Source of the DNA: a virus
Taxonomy: Duplodnaviria; Caudoviricetes
DNA length: 64,000 nt
Virus record (IMG/VR): IMGVR_UViG_3300029705_000021
Reading direction: 5' to 3' (one strand)
The notes beneath the pieces are model-generated. The model did not search any database. It had not been told where the DNA came from and saw only the letters and a program-made list of their open reading frames with translations. Positions 60,811 through 64,000 of the stretch are shown here, in pieces. Made by a program: the position numbers and the translations under genes. Position 1 is the stretch's first letter; every line of letters starts with the position of its first letter.

Positions 60811-60912
60811 CAAGACACTTTAATGCACCAGATATTCTGGCTACTGGATTTGAACCAGATTAAAACTTTTGCAGAGTTTGTATTTACCATTTAACTTTGC
60901 TGTAAGTGCCTT
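60811..60912 (-). ncRNA. ACAGCAA-motif RNA enclosing an acceptor-less tRNA-Cys(GCA) (D-like loop, anticodon arm, T arm)
   Basis: AAGGCACTT-ACAGCAA...AAATGGTA...AAACT-CTGCAAA-AGTTT...CTGG-TTCAAAT-CCAG...AAGTGTCTTG. Confidence 0.8.
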
Positions 60913-60924
60913 TATGGAATTAAT

Positions 60925-61043
60925 GCAGAGTGGGAAGATTCGAACTTCCGTCTCGGTCTTAACAGGACAATTGTAAAATTGCAGTTGAAGTTTTTTTTCA
61001 AAACTCAATTAATTACGTGTTCTATCCGCTGAACTACACTCCA
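60925..61043 (-). tRNA. tRNA-Asn(GTT)-like gene with a 47-nt motif insertion (60969-61015) in the anticodon stem
   Basis: Removing the insert restores CGGTC-CTGTTAA-GACCG. The insert has GAGTTTTG/AAAACTTC then ACTGCAA. Confidence 0.8.
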
Positions 61044-61058
61044 CTTATTTTATTATTA

Positions 61059-61126
61059 CAAGACGGTTTTAAGACTATTAAAATATTTACAGTATTCTCA
61101 AGTTTTAATATTGCTGTATCCGTCTT
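61059..61126 (-). ncRNA. ACAGCAA-motif RNA carrying a Tyr(GTA) anticodon stem-loop
   Basis: AAGACGG-AT-ACAGCAA...AGAATA-CTGTAAA-TATTTT...CCGTCTTG. Confidence 0.75.
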
Positions 61127-61129
61127 AAA

Positions 61130-61253
61130 GTCGGGATGTGGGACTCGAACCCACGACCACGTGCTCCCCAAGCAATAGAAAAAAATTGCTGTTTACGTCT
61201 TTTACAAGACACATTATCTTTTTACGTGCTCTAACCAGCTGAGCTAATCCCGA
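61130..61253 (-). tRNA. tRNA-Pro(GGG)-like gene with a 50-nt motif insertion (61175-61224) in the anticodon stem
   Basis: Removing the insert restores CGTGC-TTGGGGA-GCACG. The insert has GTGTCTTG-TAA-AAGACGT-AA-ACAGCAA. Confidence 0.85.
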
Positions 61254-61256
61254 CAG

Positions 61257-61394
61257 TGAGGAAGATAGGATTCGAACCTATACGTCATTTAAGACAGGAG
61301 ATTTTCAGTCTCCACTATTTAAAAGTTGCTGTAAATGTCTTGCTAGACACTTTTGTGAATTTTATCCTGCGTCTGCCAGTTCCGCCACTTCCTC
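61257..61394 (-). tRNA. tRNA with a Leu-type body, GAA (Phe) anticodon and an approximately 54-nt motif insertion (about 61312-61365)
   Basis: D arm GCGGAACTGGCAGACGC, long variable arm, A73; GGAGA-CTGAAAA-TCTCC. The insert has GTGTCT-AGCA-AGACAT-TT-ACAGCAA. Confidence 0.8.
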
Positions 61395-61411
61395 ATGTTT
61401 GATGGCTTTGT

Positions 61412-61527
61412 TGGAGCAATTTGGAATCGAACCAAAGGTAAAAACCTGCTGAATGTTTTCAAAATTAAAATTGCTGTAAGCGATTGCCATCCTATTCGCT
61501 TTATAAACCGCCATCCAGACTTGCTCC
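61412..61527 (-). ncRNA. Degenerate tRNA-like RNA with an internal ACAGCAA-motif hairpin
   Basis: Acceptor GGAGCAA/TTGCTCC, T arm TTTGG-TTCGATT-CCAAA, internal AGCGA/TCGCT-T-ACAGCAA; D and anticodon arms eroded. Confidence 0.6.
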
Positions 61528-61545
61528 ATATTATTTAGTTTTTTA

Positions 61546-61608
61546 CAAGACACTTTAAACTTATCAGATCCCCAATCAGATGTTTTATTCGATTGCTGTT
61601 TGTGTCTT
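61546..61608 (-). ncRNA. ACAGCAA-motif RNA carrying a Pro(GGG) anticodon stem-loop
   Basis: AAGACAC-AA-ACAGCAA...ATCTGA-TTGGGGA-TCTGAT...GTGTCTTG. Confidence 0.8.
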
Positions 61609-61646
61609 TAAACATAGGCTCAACATCAAGCCTATAGATTAAAAGC

Positions 61647-61781
61647 TTACATTGAAGCTTCCATATTTCTTATTTCTCTTTTGAGCTTTTTAACAGCACC
61701 TGGACATTTGATGTTCTTATTACTTGCCTCAAGCTTCTGTAATCTGTTCTTCTTTAATGCTAAAATCTCTGTCTGTGTCAT
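61647..61781 (-). CDS. 44-aa basic protein inside the RNA array, missed by the ORF track (MTQTEILALKKNRLQKLEASNKNIKCPGAVKKLKREIRNMEASM)
   Basis: AAGGAG RBS, ATG...TAA, followed by a hairpin. Confidence 0.7.
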   Translation of the reverse strand: MTQTEILALKKNRLQKLEASNKNIKCPGAVKKLKREIRNMEASM

Positions 61782-61852
61782 TCTTATTTCTCCTTGTTAT
61801 AAATTTTTAAGTAATCATTCACAAATTTTTTAGTTGTGTATATTTACTTGAA

Positions 61853-61925
61853 CAGGGCTAGTTGGATTCGAACCAACGAGATGCAGGAGTCAAAGTCCTG
61901 TGCCTTACCGCTTGGCGATAGCCCT
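61853..61925 (-). tRNA. tRNA-Gln(TTG)
   Basis: Canonical cloverleaf, CAGGA-CTTTGAC-TCCTG. Confidence 0.92.
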
Positions 61926-62018
61926 AGACACTTGGTTTTTTAAAGATGACCAAGCAAACATCTAATCTATTTTTACTAGAAAGGAGGCGTATAGGAGATA
62001 TATTGATTTATCTCCGAG

Positions 62019-62090
62019 TGGGTCATGTGGGACTCGAACCCACGACTCTCAAATTAAAAGTTTGATACTCTACCACTGAGTTAATGACCC
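62019..62090 (-). tRNA. tRNA-Lys(TTT)
   Basis: Canonical cloverleaf, TCAAA-CTTTTAA-TTTGA. Confidence 0.92.
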
Positions 62091-62095
62091 ATATA

Positions 62096-62163
62096 CAAGG
62101 CGGCTATTTTGGCTATCACAAATTAAAAGTTTGTTGCTTGTTCAGATTTGCTGTAACCGCCTT
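62096..62163 (-). ncRNA. ACAGCAA-motif RNA carrying a Lys(TTT) anticodon stem-loop
   Basis: AAGGCGG-TT-ACAGCAA...ACAAA-CTTTTAA-TTTGT...CCGCCTTG. Confidence 0.85.
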
Positions 62164-62319
62164 TATACATTTGTATTTTTTCTTATTGTCTCTGGAAGAA
62201 ACTCAGTATTGTTTTGGCAAACTAAATGCCTACCACAAATAACAACATTTATCTTCAGTTTTATGTATTTTTGATTAGTTAAGAGATTGAACAACCAAGT
62301 CCTCTCTTGAACTGTAATC

Positions 62320-62589
62320 ATTATATCATAACTGTTTTTATTTGTCAAGAACTTTTTTCATTTTTTAAAATTAATTAGTCTTAATTATTTTTTAAAGCTT
62401 TGAGATATTTTCTCTGCTCTTGACTCTTCAATGATATCATACTTGTCAAATTTTGTCAAGCACTTTTTTCAAATTTTTTGTAAATAAAATTTTAGTTTGT
62501 TTAGTAGCATATTATGTGTAAGAAACTCAACAATCAAGTGGTTCTCTTAAGCACAGTTATATATTATCATAACTTCCAAATAATGTCAA
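62320..62589 (-). promoter_or_regulatory. Three tandem sigmaA-type promoters feeding the tRNA/motif-RNA/TROVE operon
   Basis: TTGACA-17-TATAAT (62320-62348), TTGACA-17-TATCAT (62431-62459) and TTGACA-17-TAATAT (62561-62589), all with extended TG. Confidence 0.75.
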
Positions 62590-62618
62590 TAGTTTTTTCA
62601 AAAATATTTTTAATTAGT

Positions 62619-63551
62619 TTAGTGAGCAGCTAGATCTGCTTCGTGCAACAAATCTAATGATTTAATTAGTTCATCACCAAGCAACAATCTGTCTTTTTCT
62701 CTCGCCTTATCACTATCTCGCCAATCCATAAAATACTTCATATGTAAATTAATAAGTAAAGATACATACAAAAGATCTTTATCGCTCCATTCAGGATGCA
62801 TTTTTCTTACATAGAATAAGCTTAGGTAAGCTCCAACATTATGATGACCATAGAATTTAGCATCACCATAAATTTCTCCATTATCATCAATATCATAAAA
62901 CTTCGTACTAGGCTTACCACAATCATGTAACAGTGTAGCTGTAATCAATCTTATATCATTTGTTCTATCCTTAATATAATCACAAGCAGCGAGCATATGA
63001 CTTCCAACAGTCAATGAATGATGAATATTATCATGAGATATCACACGCCATCTGCACATATCATCTTTAATATTGTATTCAAATCCTGGTAAACCTTTAT
63101 ATTTCCACCAAACAATCTGAATATCATCAAATCCTTCAGTATACCAAGGAGTCTCGAAGCTTTTATACATTCTCTCAAGAACTTCTTCAGGAACATGTCT
63201 ATCTCTAGCACAGTTATTCGCTAAGCAAAACTCATATGGGGTAGCAAATAAAACGCAAATCTTTTCACAAGAAATGCCTTTAAGCTCATTATTCAGAAAA
63301 TGCACTCTTTTCTTGCGTGAAAGATTTGTAGCATCATATATAACATTCTTACCAGCTCTCAAGTCGTCCTTAATTCTCTGATGTAATATCTTGAATACCA
63401 ATTCATTCTTACTCTGGTCGTTCACATCACCTAATTCTGCTCTAATTTCATCGCTAGATAAAACAACCCAGTCTTTATTGTATTTATATTGTTCGCAATA
63501 TGTAGATTTCCCCGATGCAGGTAAACCCACTGTAACATATATTTTACTCAT
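62619..63551 (-). CDS. Polynucleotide kinase (AAA_33) fused to an HD phosphoesterase; RNA end-healing enzyme
   Basis: GLPASGKST, SSDEIR, YDATNL, NCARDR; HSLTVGSH, LLHDCGKP, FYGHHNVG, LHEAD. Confidence 0.85.
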   Translation of the reverse strand: MSKIYVTVGLPASGKSTYCEQYKYNKDWVVLSSDEIRAELGDVNDQSKNELVFKILHQRIKDDLRAGKNVIYDATNLSRKKRVHFLNNELKGISCEKICVLFATPYEFCLANNCARDRHVPEEVLERMYKSFETPWYTEGFDDIQIVWWKYKGLPGFEYNIKDDMCRWRVISHDNIHHSLTVGSHMLAACDYIKDRTNDIRLITATLLHDCGKPSTKFYDIDDNGEIYGDAKFYGHHNVGAYLSLFYVRKMHPEWSDKDLLYVSLLINLHMKYFMDWRDSDKAREKDRLLLGDELIKSLDLLHEADLAAH

Positions 63552-63578
63552 CTCTATCTCCTTTCTTTTGATGAGGCT

Positions 63579-63607
63579 ATATTACCATACATTTACAAAT
63601 ATGTCAA
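63579..63607 (-). promoter_or_regulatory. SigmaA-type promoter of the kinase-HD gene
   Basis: TTGACA-17 nt-TAATAT with extended TG. Confidence 0.7.
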
Positions 63608-63722
63608 TACCTATTTTGTATTTTTCTTCAATTCGCAAAGTAAATATTTTTGATTAGTTTGTAGACAACGAGGCTACTGTATCAATAATAATATGTTATG
63701 AACAGTAGCCTCTTAGTACTAC

Positions 63723-63881
63723 TTAACGCTCTAACTCTTCGAGTCTTCTTAAACGTCTTAGAGATTCTTTTAATTCAGCAATTCGATCGAGAACAGCCCA
63801 TCTACGAGTATCATCTGATTTCATTTCAGCCAACAATGCCTCTAATTCCTGAATTTCATTAAGAATTTTTTTCTTTGTCAT
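63723..63881 (-). CDS. 52-aa coiled-coil protein missed by the ORF track (MTKKKILNEIQELEALL...LEELER)
   Basis: AAAGGAG RBS, ATG...TAA, downstream hairpin. Confidence 0.6.
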   Translation of the reverse strand: MTKKKILNEIQELEALLAEMKSDDTRRWAVLDRIAELKESLRRLRRLEELER

Positions 63882-64000
63882 ATCGACTTCTCTCCTTTCT
63901 CATATTTATAGCTGAATATTAATTTATGTTTTTAATTAATCAGCTATATATAATATGTAAGAAAATGAGAGCTTGGAAAACAAAAATTTGTTTTTTATCA

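Noticed and set aside
61412-61527. tRNA-Sec or suppressor tRNA
   Set aside because: No UCA or CUA anticodon arm; it is better explained as an eroded tagged tRNA.
59112-62163. Repeated motif read as a CRISPR array or DNA repeat family
   Set aside because: Spacing is irregular, the copies covary as an RNA helix instead of being identical, and there are no cas genes. The 46079 nuclease belongs to the replication block.
57588-62348. Track ORFs at 57588, 58052, 58074, 58854, 59936, 61362 and 62163
   Set aside because: They overlap tRNAs, the ROOL-like RNA, promoters or the TROVE gene, lack RBSs and have no protein-like features.
1-64000. Stop-codon reassignment
   Set aside because: Long conserved genes are intact under the standard code, and TAG and TGA terminate genes at sensible positions.

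Overview
A 64-kb segment of a large, AT-rich temperate tailed phage of a low-GC Firmicute (probably gut Clostridia; inferred), read in the standard genetic code. Plus strand, 1-26.3 kb: a modular tail-fibre-like protein, a BspA-type LRR protein, a lysis cassette, an apparently headless tape measure gene, tail genes and two homing-endonuclease-like insertions. At 26.6-30.6 kb: a TubR/TubZ-like partition pair, a replication initiator with iterons, an intact attP whose core resembles the tmRNA 3' end, a tyrosine integrase and an excisionase. Minus strand, 30.7-57.4 kb: nucleotide metabolism (dut, nrdDG, gmk, thyX), an SPbeta-like replication block (RecD2, DnaE, nuclease, primase, DnaB, AAA ATPase, SSB-like protein) and an RNA ligase. 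The most notable part is 57.5-63.6 kb (minus strand), an RNA-rich locus built around a TROVE/Ro60-like (DUF2828-type, vWA) gene and a kinase-HD RNA end-healing gene. Nine small RNA elements there share one motif: a helix AAGRCRY/RYGYCUUG followed by unpaired ACAGCAA. The motif occurs in two circularly permuted topologies. Standalone elements enclose an isolated anticodon stem-loop (Lys UUU, Pro GGG, Tyr GUA) or an acceptor-less tRNA-Cys. The other copies are about 50-nt hairpins inserted at the same position (28/29) in the anticodon stems of tRNA-Asn, tRNA-Pro and a Leu-bodied tRNA with a GAA anticodon. The locus also has three normal tRNAs, tRNA bodies with broken anticodon loops, a probable ROOL large ncRNA and several unassigned structured RNAs. 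The working hypothesis (inference) is a Y-RNA-like, protein-tagged anticodon decoy/tRNA repair system against host anticodon nucleases. All family calls are by eye and memory; no searches were run.
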